64,000 bases of DNA from Diplonema japonicum. Its lineage: Eukaryota > Protista > Euglenozoa: Diplonemea. The stretch is taken from assembly GCA_964019335.1 (NCBI GenBank), contig OZ025705.1, positions 450,407 to 514,406 of the forward strand. The letters run 5' to 3'. Shown here piece by piece: positions 23,627-37,500 of this stretch. The stretch's first letter is position 1, and each line of letters opens with the position of its first letter. The notes under the pieces were generated by a model. That model saw only the letters and a list, made by a program, of their open reading frames with translations. It was not told the origin of the DNA and ran no database searches. Both the position numbers and the translations under genes were made by a program.

Positions 23627-25519
23627 TCAAAGAGAAATGCGGCGACCGCAGTACTGTGAAGACGGGGTGGACACAAGCTGGGAATGGGAGGAGGTTGCAG
23701 AAAAATAGTTCTGCAGAACTTGCAGTGTCGTGGTAGCATCATAGAGGCACAGGTGGTCGTCTGTGTCCTGCTGTGTCTGAGGCCTACGACTCCTTCTGCC
23801 TGTAAAAAACACGATGATTTCTGTGATGATATCCAAGAGGACCTTCAGCAGCAAGAGAACCATTGCCAAAAAAAACAACACAGCAGCAACGTCAAAGGAC
23901 CAATGCCCGTCGATATCGTGACCCAAGTAGAACCCCACAGCCATGAGGTACAAGGCCACACTTGTGATGCCCAGTGTTGCTAGGTTAATAAAATTGTCCC
24001 TCATCCTTACATGAGACCACAGGTGCATCTCAAGGCACAGCAGTGTCGTGAAGACCAACGCGCAAGCAAGCTTCACCCCCCCCGCACTGCACCACGGACT
24101 CTGTAGGAACAGACGCTGCAGCAGCAACTGCAAAGCTTGCTGCGTACTCTACAAACCCAAACCACGCCAGCTGCTGTTTATAATACCTCATTTGAGATGC
24201 GTATCTATTAACCCAATGCTCAGAAGGATGCAGGCTTACCCACTCACCAGGTCCTATTATCGTTGTGTATAGCCAACCCTTCTTTTGGGAATCCCGTAAA
24301 TACACGGCTTTGGAGGGTACAGAGGACACCACCTGTTTGAATATCCAGACAGGGGCTAGCAGGCAGAAGATAAGAACCACCGCACCCACGCAGGCGTGGT
24401 ATCCTTCAGCAGGGAAGCTGACAAGGACTATTCCTGCCAGGATGGTGCCTTGATATAACCACTTGAACACAAACAGCTGTGCCGACGGGAACCGCAATAC
24501 CCCCTGGGCATCCAGACTTTTCAGCAGGCCTCGCTTTTTGTTTACTTTGAGCAGGTGCAGCGCTGCGTAGCACAGAAGTGTGAACACCGCTATGATGCTG
24601 GCGTTTCCTACTATTGCGCCTAGCGCGTGGCTCCCCCCCAGCTGCAGCTGGGTTGGGTGCAGTGGACGGGGCATTTTTCTATCGCCCGTTTGACATGCGC
24701 TGCTCACCACTATCATTCTTGTTGCAGAGGCAGCCGCCGAGGCGGCACCCACGCCTGCTGCTACACTCACAACGCCTCCCACAGCAACGAACTGCTTCTC
24801 GTTTGGCAGCTGTGCGACGGTTGCAGGTACTTCAGTTGGCTGTGGCATTGTCTCTTGAGGTGCTGTATTGGGGTGAAGATCTGGGCTTGGTTGTGCAGTT
24901 GGATTGGTGGCAGGTGGGCTGTGGTGTTGGGTGCTTCAGTGGGAGTTTCTGTCGAAGCTACAAGAGGCACTTTTGTGGCTGTCACAGGGGTGCGGGGTAC
25001 AGCTGTGGAAGGCGTGTTCGTTGGAACAGCAGTTGGGGCTGCAGTAGGAACAGCAGGAACACCAGTAGTAGGGGCGACACTTGGTAGGCCCACAGCCGTG
25101 GGCACGATTGTGACAGGAGCAGCCGTGGGCGGTGCCTCAGTTGTGTCACAGTTGCAGACTCTCTGCACCGCAACGTGGACAGCATCGCAGTCACTAGTGA
25201 CAGGAATGTTTTTGTACCCCAAACACTGCCCTACGTTCGGGTCAAAACCGCTTACGAAGCACGGTTGGTCATTCATCCACCAGTTGCCGTTCTGTGCAAA
25301 GAACCCTGGAGGTGATGGACAGGTGATGCCAAGTGTCATAAATACGTCCGTAGTATCTCCAAGATCAATACTTGTGTTGCAGGTTACCCCTACTCGGGAG
25401 CACACATCATTGCAGTGCTCTCCCTGGCGGCCCAACAGAAAAGCGGCAGCAACCATGTTGGCCAGAAGTGAAAGCATGGACACTGCCATTATTTTCGCCC
25501 CATTCCTGAACGTGGTCAT
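23627..25519 (-). pseudogene. Frameshifted surface/membrane protein gene (signal peptide, Cys-rich domain, TxAP mucin-like stalk, multi-TM C-terminus)
   Basis: Three overlapping ORFs (24767-25519, 24030-24848, 23627-24133) read as one protein with shifts near 24920 and at a G homopolymer near 24080. No GT-AG intron repairing them was found; sequencing error is possible. Confidence 0.6.
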
Positions 25520-25587
25520 TTAACTGATAAAAGAGAGAAAAGGAATAAACATGGCACAGCAACGTATTGCTACTCTTTCGGTGTAAT

Positions 25588-26385
25588 CTACGCCACAAGA
25601 AGAGTCAGCCCTGTCGTGGTCAGCACGCAGGCCAGCACGTTGACAGTGTCGTTGCTGAGGTAGCCGAGGCCGCTAATGTGCTGCGCGTGAGGCCCAGCCG
25701 TGTTGGTGACCATATCAGCAACAGGGTGCCAGCCTGAGTATTCGAAAACCTGCCCGAGCGCACTGTCGAGAAAGGAACCCACGAGCCCAGCACCGGTGGC
25801 AAGCAGAAGGATGCTCGGTGTGGAGGCTTTTAAAGGGGAAAACAGAGCTGACGCACAACCTACGGAGAGCCCTCCTAGCGCACTGGCCAATGTGCCCATG
25901 GGGGTGATACCACCATTTGTGCCATGAGGGACCAGTCTCCCCCCAAGGACAAGCCGGGGCTGTGATGTGCTGAGGATGCCGAGTTCAGAAGCCCATGTGT
26001 CGCCTGCTGCGGCTGCATAGCTGATGAGGTGTGCATAGAGGAACCTCTCGTTGTGGGTGATGAGCCAGGCAAGCGCGGCAACAGTGCCCACGCCGCCGTT
26101 GGCCGCCACCTGCCACGCGTTGCGGCCCTTGGCACCTCCGTAGCCTTCTTCGCGTGTTGCCTTCGTCTTCTTCCCAACTTTGGTCATAAATGTGGACCCA
26201 AAGAAGAATGCAAGCAAAGCAGCAGTGTGCCACCCACCTGCAATCCATGCTACCCACCCTACACCCCACGCCGCCATGCCTCCTGACTTGTTAAGAGAAC
26301 CTCGCTTCACGGCATACCCCGAAAGCAGCGTCGCGAACACTGTAGCATTGCCCACAGAGGCTGGTGTCGCAGTTAGCAAGTTCAT
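25588..26385 (-). CDS. DUF92 / TMEM19-family integral membrane protein
   Basis: R.AWQVAANG, DTWASELG, GTNGGIT..G, DS.LG, LSND.VN. Confidence 0.9.
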   Translation of the reverse strand: MNLLTATPASVGNATVFATLLSGYAVKRGSLNKSGGMAAWGVGWVAWIAGGWHTAALLAFFFGSTFMTKVGKKTKATREEGYGGAKGRNAWQVAANGGVGTVAALAWLITHNERFLYAHLISYAAAAGDTWASELGILSTSQPRLVLGGRLVPHGTNGGITPMGTLASALGGLSVGCASALFSPLKASTPSILLLATGAGLVGSFLDSALGQVFEYSGWHPVADMVTNTAGPHAQHISGLGYLSNDTVNVLACVLTTTGLTLLVA

Positions 26386-27403
26386 ACCCTGTATAAAGGT
26401 GGCAATAGCATGAAGGTTTAACTGCTTGGAAAGAGAAAAAAAAATGAAGGAGACAAAAGAAAAAGTGAAAGAAAAAAGAGAAAAGGGGGTATTTTGAGAT
26501 CAGAAATGCGGTACACGCACTTCCTTTTATAAAATAAAAAAGGAGATTGAAAAAAAAAAGGGGGAAGAGAAATAAAAAACCAGTAAAGAAAACAAGGGAG
26601 GAAGCAAACATGGGGGGGAGGGGGATTTTTAAAAAAAGGAATGATAATTTTCTTTCACGAAGTTTTTTTTTTTTTTTTCTTGATATTTTTTTGGGTTATT
26701 TTGCCTTGTCATTTTTTTTTATTTTATTATTTTTTTTTTTTTTTTTTTAAGGTTCACTTTTTTCTTCTAAAGAAATGCCCATCTATTTTTTTTTTTTTTT
26801 AAATCCTCAATTTTCTTTCACACACGCCAGAACCAACTGGTATGAGAACGAAGGGGGGGGCACAGTCAGCTATCAGCCGCGTATGCAGAATAAAAAAGAG
26901 GGTTTATGTAAAATTGGCCAAATATGAGAGCAAAAACGGAGTAGTAGGGGTAACGGGGAAATGGTTTAGGGGAACGAAAAAAAGGAAAAATGTTGACTAG
27001 CAAAAAATAACACACAGATTCGGGTTATTTGGTCTTCTTTTTTTTTCTCTTTTTTTTCTCTCATGTCTCTTCTGCTTTTTTTTTTTTTTTTTTTCTTTTT
27101 TTTTTTTTTTTAGATTTAAAATAAGACATCTTGTCTACATTTGTTCGCACCTTCACACCTCAGGTCAAAACAGATATTAAAAACGAATTTGAACGAAAAT
27201 ATATCGAGAAGAAAAAAATGAAGAAAAAATGCTCAAAAATGAAAAAAAAAAATGTAAAAAGCGGAAGAAAAAAAAAAGAGAATAAATAAAAAAAAAACAA
27301 ATATATGTAGAAAAGGGGTGGGGGGAGTTCGAAATGCTGGTGAGGAAAACAAGGGAAAGAAGGAACTCAACTAATAGTGTTGTACATGCGTGACCCCTCC
27401 AGC

Positions 27404-30400
27404 TTATTCCTCTTCGCTGCTGGACCAGTGCTCACCGAGCTCCTTGGCCTTCTTCTTGGCGAGCTCACGCTGCTTCTTCTCCTTACGGGTAAGCTTCTTC
27501 TTCGCCTGCTTAACCTGTGGGGGGAAAAGGGTTCATTTTAATAATAATAATAATAATTATTTTTTTTTTCTTTAAAACATACCTTGGTAACGTTACCAAG
27601 TGCGTCGACCATCTCCTCCATGGCAACGCTCTCTGTCTTCTCCTTCATGACGGCCTCCATCCAGTCAGCGTCACCCTGACAGTCGAGGCGGCCGATACCG
27701 TCGTCACCCTTCTCGACCAACCAGGTCTCGGGGCAGAGGGCCTTCGAGAACTGGTCGTTATGGGTGATGATCACGACTCCTCCCTTGAACTGCTCGATGG
27801 CGCCGGCGAGGGCGGCGAGGGACTCCCTGTCCAAGTAGTTGGTGGGCTCGTCCAGGATGACGATGTGTGGCTGGTCCCACATCGCAGCTCCGAGCACAAC
27901 CTTCACCTTCTGTCCACCGGAGAGCTGCGACATCTGGGTGTGGGTAGCGTGTTCCCTTTCCATCCCGACGTCCACGAGGAGCTTCTCGACGTTGGACTGG
28001 GTCAGAGGCCTCTTGAACCTGTTATGAAAAGAAAAAAAATAGTAATATTATACTTTTTTTTTTTTTAATATACCTCCCCTCCTCAGCAAGGATCTTCTCA
28101 GCAGTCTGCTTAACGTGCTTGCCCCAACCACCTTCCTCAAGCTTGTCCTCGTTGATGAAACCAGTAGGACCCTCACCGCTGCCCTTGGTGGCGAACCTAA
28201 CCTCGTACATGTACCCAGCCCTCTTCTGGTTCTTACGGACACCGGTAAGCTTCTCGATGACGTGCTTCTGCCTCTTCAGACCCTCGTCGTCGGTGAACTC
28301 CCAGGTCCTCACCTCCAAGAGCTTCTTCTCCTCCTCCTCGGTGAGGATCATGGTGACCTTCTCCAAGGCCTCCTTGTCGGTACCGTATTCGTACCTCCAG
28401 AGGATGTACTCGGTGGGGGTCATCTTCAAGTGCTTCTCAATGTGATGGAAAGCGTGCTGGGCAACGTAGGCGACCTTCGCGTTGGGGTTCTTCCAGGTCG
28501 TACCCTTGTCCGGGTTCAGCTCTCCGGTCAACAGCTTGATCATGGTCGACTTACCGGCACCGTTGGGACCGAGACAGGCGACCCTGCTTCCCATGGACAC
28601 CCTCACGGTGAGGTTCACGACGGTGGGCTTCGGGTTCCCGGGGTAGGTGAAGTCAACCTTGTCCATCTTGATAAGCACCTTACCCCTCGAGCTCACGCCC
28701 TCCAAGAAACCAGGGTCCGGGAACCTGAAGGAGAGACCCTTCGACGACTTCAGCTCGAAGTAGGACTTCGCCTCGGGGAACTCCTCCACGAAGGCCTTGA
28801 TGCTCCCCTTGAAGTTGTGGAGACGGAGGTTGTCGATGTGGATGATCCTGCTGCAGCAGGTCTCCAGGAGGTGCGCGTTCTGCGACACGATCATGCAGGT
28901 CACGTCCTTCAGCCCCCTGATGTAGTCCTCCACCCAGGCAACGTTCTTCACGTCCAAGTGGTTCGTGGGGTCGTCCATGAGCAGGATGTCGGCCTTCTGA
29001 AGCATCGCCCTTGCGAGGGCGAGCTTCATCCTCCACCCACCGGACAGCGAGGACACGGGGTCCATGATCCTGGCGGCCTTCCCGCCCTGCTCGCCGGTTC
29101 CTGCGAACCCGACCTTGTCGAGGGCCGAGATGACGGCGTCCTTCGAGATGTTCGCGGCCTTGATCCTGGAGTCCTCGAAGATGTACTCGAGGCAGGTCAA
29201 GTGGGACAGCTCTCCGAGGATGTCCGCCTCGACGAACACGGTCCTCACCTCTGTGCTGGGGGGGAAGCCCTCCACCTGGTCGTTTGCGATAGCCTTCAGG
29301 AGCGAGGTCTTCCCGCTGTCGTTTCCACCGAGAAGCCCGTACTTCGCACCCTTCAGGAGGCGAAGCTGCGTGTTCTTCAGAAGGATCTTGGTACCGTAGG
29401 CAAGGGTGAAGCGGCAGTTGCAGAGCTCCGCCGCGTCCTCCTCCTCCTCGATCACGGTCCCGGTCATCGCGTTCTCGCACTGCTTGAACAGCATCTCACC
29501 GAGGGTGTCCGCGTCCTTCTCCGTCTTGCACACGGACAGAAGGTTCTTCGCCCACACCTTCGGCTGCATCACCTTCATCTCGAAGTTCGAGGCGCAGAGG
29601 TCGGCCACGAAGGCGAGGAGCACGGGGTCCGACACCGTCACCCTCTTGTCCTTCTGCAAGACCTCCAGGAACTTCTTCGAGTCCATGGACTGCGACTTCA
29701 AGAGGTCGACGTTCTTCTTCAACTTCTCAATCTGCAGCTGAACCTTCCCGCACACCTCACGGCACTCGGGGTCGGCAACGTGGATCGCCGCCTGCTCCAG
29801 GGCAGGGGTCAGCTTGGGGATCAGGGGCTCCGCCTCCGTCGCCACCTCCACAAGCTTCGACAAGTTGTCCGTGATCTTAGCCGACTGCCTCACGATCTTC
29901 TTCTCACCCTCACGGAAACCACGGACCAACAAGGGGGTGATGATCGCGAGCTCGGGCCTCTCCACCGTCGCCACGAACTTCGTGCACGAGAGCTTGAAGA
30001 TGGAGTCGGGAACGTTGTCCGGCTCCATCAGCGCCTCCACCAGAACGGGGATGAGCTCCTCGACGTCCTTGTTCTTCACCACGTCGGTGATCGCCTTCAG
30101 GGTCTGCTCCGCCTCCTCGCTCACCTGCACCTTGGTGTCGTGGAGAAGGTCGCACACGGCGGGCACGAGCTCGGGCATCGACACGGACACGGCCCCGGGG
30201 CAGTCCCTCGCGAACCTCCCGATCGACTCCAGACCAGCCACCTTCACCTGGAACTTCGTCGAGTCCAAGCAGTGCATCATCTCTGCCATGGTCGAGCAGG
30301 CCACAGCGGGGTTCGACGCCGCACGACCCACGAACTGCATCGCCGCGTCGTGAGCCGCCTTCGCCACCGTCTTCGCCTTGTCACCCACGAGCTGGAAGAC

Positions 30401-30673
30401 CACGGGGAACAGCTTGATCACGTAGGCCTCCAGGTGGTTCTTCAGGTCCGCCGAGAGGGACCCGAAAGCGAGGCACGCCGCCTCCCTCTTCGCCTCAGCC
30501 TTCTTCCCGCCTCCGGTAGCGGTCTCGATGGCCTGGAAGAGACCAGCCTCCGCGAGGGCCGCTCCGTCCACCTCCCTCACCATCTCTGCGAGCTTCTGCG
30601 CCGCCTCCACGGAGGGCTTCGCCTCCAGCTCGGAGAACATCTTCACGGACTCAGTTGCAAGTTGGGGTGCCAT
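27404..30673 (-). CDS. eEF3: Elongation factor 3 (eEF3: HEAT repeats, two ABC domains, basic/acidic C-tail), copy 1, 3 exons
   Basis: ELCNCRFTLAYG, LSGGWRMKLALARA, GPNGAGKST, YVAQHAFHHI, LSGGQKVKV. Introns 28019-28073 and 27515-27582 give RFKRPLT... and a tail ending KKKAKELGEHWSSSEEE-TAA. Confidence 0.93.
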
Positions 30674-30765
30674 TTTTTTTATATAAAAAAAAAGAAGCGA
30701 GTGATAAAAGGGGTTTTTTTTTTGTGTGTTCTTTTGATATTTGAACAGAAGTATCCTTTGATGGT

Positions 30766-30785
30766 GTTGTTGTTGTTGTTGTTGC

Positions 30786-30850
<65 letters not shown>
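30766..30850. repeat. (TTG)n / (CAA)n microsatellite upstream of eEF3 copy 1
   Basis: Trinucleotide run with one CTG interruption. Confidence 0.95.
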
Positions 30851-30851
<1 letters not shown>

Positions 30852-31648
30852 GTGTGTTTGACTTAAGAAAAAATAAAAAAGAAGAAGAAAAAGAAAACCA
30901 GGGGAAATAATAATAATTATTATAAGCCATAAACAATAAGAACAAAGAAACGATAAAAGGAAGAGAAGGAAAAAAAAAGGGGGGGTGCTCTCTTTTTTTT
31001 TGATTTTTATTATTATTGTTGTTAAAAATTTAAGAAGATGGATCAATAATAACCAAAAAGAAATGTGAAACTAAACTATACTTTCTGTCTTTTTTTATTT
31101 ATTTATTTATTTTTTAAAAAAAAAGGCGATGTTTAAGGGCAAATCCCACTCGAGGACCACCCTTGAAAAAAAAAACAAGCCAAGCCAAGCCAAGGTAAGG
31201 TAAGAAGGAAAGGGTTTTTTTAGAAGATGAAGAGGGGTTACTTACTTGCCTCTGTTTTAAGAAAAATAAAATAAAATAAGAGGGGGAAAAGGAAGGGAGG
31301 ACAGAAAGGAGGGGGGGGAAAAGAAGAAGAATAATAAAAATATAAAAATAAAAATAAAAAACGTGCGTTTGTTCCCCTAAGCCCGAGACAAATCACTTTA
31401 TTAAGGAAATACGAATCTATAAAAAAAAGGGGGGGGGGAAAGAGAAAAAAAAAGAATACTGACAAACTCCCGGATGCGAAAAAAGACCTGGGCATTTACA
31501 GTATTCGATTTAAATTTTTCAGTGTGCAAAGATGCTCACTCTTTAAATTAAAAAGAAAAAGAAAAAAAGAAAAGAAAAAAAAACCATGTAGCATCTTTAA
31601 AATAAAAAAAAAACCCCTTAATCTTACTCAATATAATTATATTTTACT

Positions 31649-31681
<33 letters not shown>

Positions 31682-31683
<2 letters not shown>

Positions 31684-33802
31684 AGTCAACCTCCTCCATC
31701 TTAGACTCACCCTCATCCTCAGCAGCAGTGGTGTCAGCCTCAACAGGAACATCTTCTTCATCATCATCATCGATTGACAGCCCCAGCTTGATCATACGGT
31801 GGATCCTTTCAGCGTAACCAGCAGGGTCCTCCAGAGAGAAACCGGAGGTGAGGAGCGAGGTCTCGAAGAGGAGGAGCACCAGGTCCTTCACAGTCTTGTC
31901 GTTGGCGTCGGAGTCAGCCTTCGACTTCAAGGTTTTCACGATCGGGTGCGCCGGGTTCACCTCCATGGTCTTCTTGCTCACCATGTAGCCGCTGCTGGAG
32001 GAGTCCCTCAGAGCCTGCATCTTCATGATCTGTTCCATGTGGGCGCTCCACCCGAACTCCGAGGTGACGAGGATGCAAGGGGCCTGCGCGAGACGGTCCG
32101 ACAGCATCACCTTCTCCACCTTGTCTCCCAGGATGTCCTTCATGGTCTTGCAGAGGGTCTCGAAGGCAGCCTTCTCCTCCTCCTTCTGCTTCTTCTCCTC
32201 CTCCGTCTCCTCGAACTTCAACCCTTCCTTCGTCACGCACCTGAACTTCTTGTCCTCGTACTCCTTCAGCTGCTGCATCGCGTACTCGTCGATCGGGTCC
32301 GTCATCAGAAGCACCTCCAAACCCCTCTTCTTGCACTGCTCGATGAACGGAGAGTTCTCGATCTTGGCCTTGCTCTCCCCGGTGATGTAGTAGATCTCCT
32401 TCTGCTCCTCCTTCATCCTCGTCACGTAGTCCTTCAGAGAGGTCGTCTCCTCCCCGCTCTTCGTCGAGAAGTACCTCATGAACTCAGCGAGCTTCTTCCT
32501 GTTCTGCGAGTCCTCGTGGATCCCGAGCTTCAGGTTCTTCCCGAAGTGCTCGTGAAGCTTCGCGAAGTCCTCCTTGTTCTCGCTGATCTCCTCCACCATC
32601 TCAAGGGTCTTCTTCACGATGTTCTTCTTGATCACCTTCAGGATCTTGTTCTGCTGCAGGTTCTCACGCGAGATGTTCAGGGGAAGGTCCTCGCTGTCCA
32701 CGATCCCCTTGATGAAGGAGAGCCACTCGGGGATGAGGTCCTCGCAGCTGTCCATGATGAACACCCTCCTCACGTAGAGCTTGATGTTGGTCTTCTTCTT
32801 GTTCGGCTCGAACATGTCGAAGGGAGCCCTCCTCGGGATGAAGAGGATCGCCCTGAACTCCAGCTGTCCCTCCACCGCGAAGTGCTTCACCGCGAGGTGC
32901 TCCTCCCAGTCGTTCGAGATCGCCTTGTAGAAGCTCCCGTACTCCTCCTTCGTGATCTCCTTCGGGTCCCTCGTCCAGAGGGGCTTGTTCTTGTTCAGCT
33001 TCTCCATCTCCTTCGTCACCTCCTTCACCTTCTTCGTCTTCTTCTTCTTCTCCTCTCCCTCCTTCACCTCCTCCACCTTCGGTTCGTCCTCTCCTTCCTT
33101 CTTCTCCTCCTCCTTCTTCTTCTCCTCCTCCTCGTCCTCGTCCTCGTCATCCGTCACCTCCTTCTCGTTCGTCTTCTCCACCTCCAGCTCGATGTCGTAG
33201 CCGATGAACTCAGAGTGCTTCTTCACAAGGTCCTTGATCCTCCTCTCCTCCAAGAACTCCAGCTGGTCGTCCTTCAAATGGCAGATGATCTTGGTTCCCC
33301 TCTTCAGCTCCGCATCCTCGCACTTCGTCACCGTGAAGGTCCCCCCCGCAGCGGATTCCCACTGGTGGCACTCGTCGTCGTTGTGCTTCGAGATCACCGT
33401 CACCTTGTCCGACACCAGGTACGCGCTGTAGAAACCCACACCGAACTGCCCGATCATCGACATGTCCGCCCCGGCCTCCAGAGCCTCCATGAACCCCTTC
33501 GTTCCGGACCTCGCGATCGTCCCCAGGTTGTTCACCAGGTCAGCCTTCGTCATCCCCACACCCGTGTCCGTCAGCGTGATCGTCTTCGCCGCCTTGTCCG
33601 TGTGGATCTGGATCAGCATCCTCTCCTCCTCCTTCAGCGCTTCCTTGTCCAGCAGCGACATGTGGCGCATCTTGTCCAGAGCGTCAGACGAGTTCGAGAT
33701 GAGCTCTCGCAAGAAGATCTCCTTGTTCGAGTAGAACGTGTTGATGATCAAGCTCATCAACTGGTTGATCTCAGCCTGGAATGCAAAGGTCTCTTCCGCC
33801 AT
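31682..33802 (-). CDS. HSP90: Cytosolic heat shock protein 90, copy 1
   Basis: [42 protein letters not shown]-terminal MEEVD; euglenozoan-like [12 protein letters not shown]. Confidence 0.98.
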
Positions 33803-34570
33803 TTTTATCTTCTTTTTTTTTGTCTTCTTGATGTCCTGTGGTGGGTGATTGTGAAAGTGTTCATATGGAATGCGAGGAGAGAGGGGAAAAAATAGAATTT
33901 AAAAAAAAAAAAAGAAAAAAAAGAAAAGATGAAGGGGAGGAGTGGGAATTGTTTAACCCTTAAACCGGACGGAGCACCGATACTTCATCAGCTTTTTTTT
34001 TTTTTTTTTTTTTTTTTGAAAACAAAAAAAAAAGAAAAAAAAAAAGAAAAAAAAAACATGTCTTGTATTGTCCTTGGAAAAAAAAAAAGACATGTTGTCG
34101 AGAATTCGAAATTCCTAACACATAACAAAATTGACCATTTAGATGTTTTGAGGATGCTATGGATTATTCTCTCGTGTTGATGAAATTGCCTTTTCCGTCC
34201 TTCAAAGGGTTAAAACAAGAAGAAAAAAGAGAATAAAAAGAAAAAGGGAGGGGGGGAATAGGGTGCTCACCAAGATAGCGTGCCTTGGAAAGAGAATTGA
34301 ATAAAAAAAAAATATAAAAAAAAAAACAAATGAGATGGAAGGTGGAGAACGAGCGACACGGAAACAGAGGTCGGTATGGCGGTCTTTTTTTTTTTTTCTT
34401 GACAGAAGTGATTCCTTTTTCTCTTCGTTTCTTCATTCTGTCAACAATCTACATGTATGACCAGCATCCTTAACAAGCTAAGCTTCCTGAGGGCTCCACA
34501 GCATCAAATAAGGTGCAGCTTTTATTTATTCTTTTGTTTCCACCCCCATTCCTTTTAAATTGTATAACCC

Positions 34571-37500
34571 CTACTCTCCCACCCGTACTGTGGGGAGGTG
34601 GTCTTCTTCAATAGTCGGCATCAGATGGAAAGAGACTTGGGGGCGTAGGTTCCCATGACTCATCTGCCCCATGGAAGGGGCGTTCGGTGACTTCGCTAAA
34701 GATCTTCTCCTGAAACTGCGAGGGGAGAAGGTTGTTGCAGGTGTGCTGGGGGGGCCTTGCAGTGTAATTTGGTTGGCGAGCGGTGTCGCAGGGAGTGTTC
34801 TTGACATCCGTCGCGTCTCGTACAGACCAGCCACGTCAGCTTCATCGTGCTTTTTCGTAGCTTCGCTGTCCACAAAGTGTGCCCTCAGCTTCTTCAGGAG
34901 CTGAGCTGGCGTTATTTTCTCCCTGTCGTGGAGAGGTGTCGGAACGATGAATGATCTTCTCGCAGCAAGCAACGCAGACTTGTTAAAGAACGTTGAGATA
35001 CCCATCACCGATGCTGTTGCACCCAAAGCAGGGCGGCGTGCCTCCTTCTCTTTCCATGTCATCTCTGTCGCCCATGCCTGTTAAATAGGTTTGCCGCTCC
35101 GTAAAAAAAAAAAAAAAACATACCTCGCGAGTAACAACGCGAAGGGTGGTCCCCCAGTTGTTCTTCTCAGCTGCTCTATTCGCGAAGGTCCATGTTTGCT
35201 GTTTGTGCGGACTGGAAAGGAGATCGAACCTGTGGATGAATACGGTCACAAGTGTCACATACTTGTTGGTGGCGGCAGCAATGAAGTAACCATGGTACCT
35301 GAGTACAAAGTCTTCGGGGGTGCCTATCATCCACCCACGTCGCCCATTCCGTATCATGGAAAACAGGTATATTTGAGCATTCCGCCTGTCTTCGTTCCCC
35401 TGTCGTGCCCGCCGGCCTGCAACTGTCGTGCTTGTCGAACCTGTGTCGATCGTGTCGCAGGAGTGATTAGGATCAGCATCCGTGTGATCAGACGCAGGGC
35501 CCCACCAGTAGGGTAGCCCATCCCGCTCTCCGCGCATCAGTTTGAGATGCTTGTTGGTGCCGTTCGCGAACCCCGTTAGTATGTACTCCACAGGCAACGG
35601 CTTGAATCGCCAGTCGCGGATAAATCTCATGAGCTCCTCTTGGTTGCGCAGGAAGTCGGTCCATGTAAGTGGCTCTGAAGGGTGAGTCACACCCAGCATC
35701 GCCCGGAACTCGCTTGCAATGGTCACCACCGTGTCGCCTTCCACGCCTTCGAGTTGGCGCAGCTTCCTTCTCAGGCTCTTCTTATCTCTCAGAACAGTCT
35801 CCAATATTTCACAGGTCAGAGAGCCATTTTTTTGCAAGTCCAGCACGTTGAAGAATTCGTACAAGGGCTCCAGCTCGGGAGCACAGTCGAACAACCTTGA
35901 CGAGCTTGCAGTAGGGATGATTCCAAGGTTTGGGGTTGGAGGGGTTCGAAGTTCAGAGGACATCCTGCGCAGGCTGACGACGTCCAAGGGATCATCTTCG
36001 GCATACTCTGCCAGCAGAAGCAACAATTTGACGAGCGGGTCAAGCTTTTTATCCAAGCTGACAAGGGTTGCCACACCCTGCTGCTCATCGATTGCGTGGA
36101 CAGGAAACTCCTCATTGTCGGCTTCGATCAGCTTGTAGCCGCAGACGGCCTTTGCCACGCTCTTACAATAGATCGTATCGCGATTTGTTACACCGTTTGC
36201 AAATTTCTTTCGCAACCCAACCACCCACGTCATGATGCCCAGAAGGGCAGCCACAACAGACCATGAGAGTGCAACCTGAAAACCACGCTTGAGTCCGTGA
36301 TTGCTTGCAACAATGCCCGTGACGAAGGGACCGGCAAAATACCCAAACAAGTTGAACATCAACCCAGCAAAGCTGCTCGTGATACCCCTGTGCTCGATGG
36401 CCACGGAGCCTACCACAATCCCCGTCATGCCCGGTAGCACCATGCCTCCGAAGAACAGCGTGAACCAAATAACAATGATGAAAGGCCAGAAGCTCGTCAT
36501 CATGAGTGATAGAATAGCGGCAGTAGCAGCACCAACACCTGCTACAGCGGAGAAGAAGGCTGCCTTGTTCGGATGTTCAGCATAGCCGCCCACCCACCTA
36601 GGACTGTCGAGGATATAGCCCCCAAGCAGCACACCCGCAATAGGACCGGTGATGGCCGTAACACCAAACGCCAGTACTATGGTGCTGTAACGGTCCTCCC
36701 TTGTTTCTCCCGGGATGGATACAGGGAGGGGCTCTGTGGTGAGGTAGTCCGTGATCCACAGCTGCATTGAAGTCACCACGAAGTAGAGTGAAGTGATTGC
36801 AAGAACAGCACACCACACAACTGGGTTTGACAACACCTCGTTAAGCGCACTCTGTTCTTCCTTCTCTTCATCGCTACTGCTCTCCTTGTTTTCCTTGTTG
36901 TCCTCCTCAGTGGGGCCAGTGGGCACGTTCATCATGTACGGCGGGATAAAAAACTGCAACACTACCAACGGTGCTAATGCCACACATTGAATGTAGAAGC
37001 TCCAACCCCACTCAAGACTACTGCTCGAAGCGAGCGTGCCTGCACAGATGTAACCTCCCACGATGCCCAAGGGCACCGCTGCTTGGATGAGAGACATCCA
37101 CAGCGAAGCATATTGTGGGATTGCGAACTCGTCGACCCATACAGGAGCATAGACAAGAAGCGTTGCTTGCGTGATGCCAACAAGGAACCGTGTCATAAAC
37201 AGCATCGCTCTGTTGATGGAGACAGCAAACAAGGCCGCGAACACAGCATTCAGCAGCAAACTGAGCTGCACAAGTTTCTGAGGCTTCATATATCTGAACC
37301 CGATCCCCGTCAGGACAGCACCCAGGGACAAACCTAAGTACACGATACTCGACAGGAACCCCTGAAGGTTCTTGTTCATGTATAATTCGTCAAAGTTTGG
37401 ATCATGCAGCAAGCTCTGTTTAAGGTCTTCCATCTCCGTGAATGCACACGTGTAGCTGCCGTTGATGACGGCATCGACGTACGAGCCGAGGGAACGGGCA

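Larger units (their letters stand above)
27405..33899. repeat. Segmental duplication unit A (eEF3+HSP90), direct repeat of 41631-48146
   Basis: Identical ORF translations. The offset between copies is 14226 left of the (TTG)n tract and 14247 right of it. Confidence 0.95.

Noticed and set aside
28115-30910. Long plus-strand ORFs opposite eEF3, HSP90 and the protease (931, 698, 938 and 411 aa)
   Set aside because: Antisense shadows of GC3-biased genes; L/H/V-rich with no motifs.
30651-31046. Poly-Thr/Asn/Leu ORFs
   Set aside because: Translations of the (TTG)n microsatellite and AT-rich spacer.
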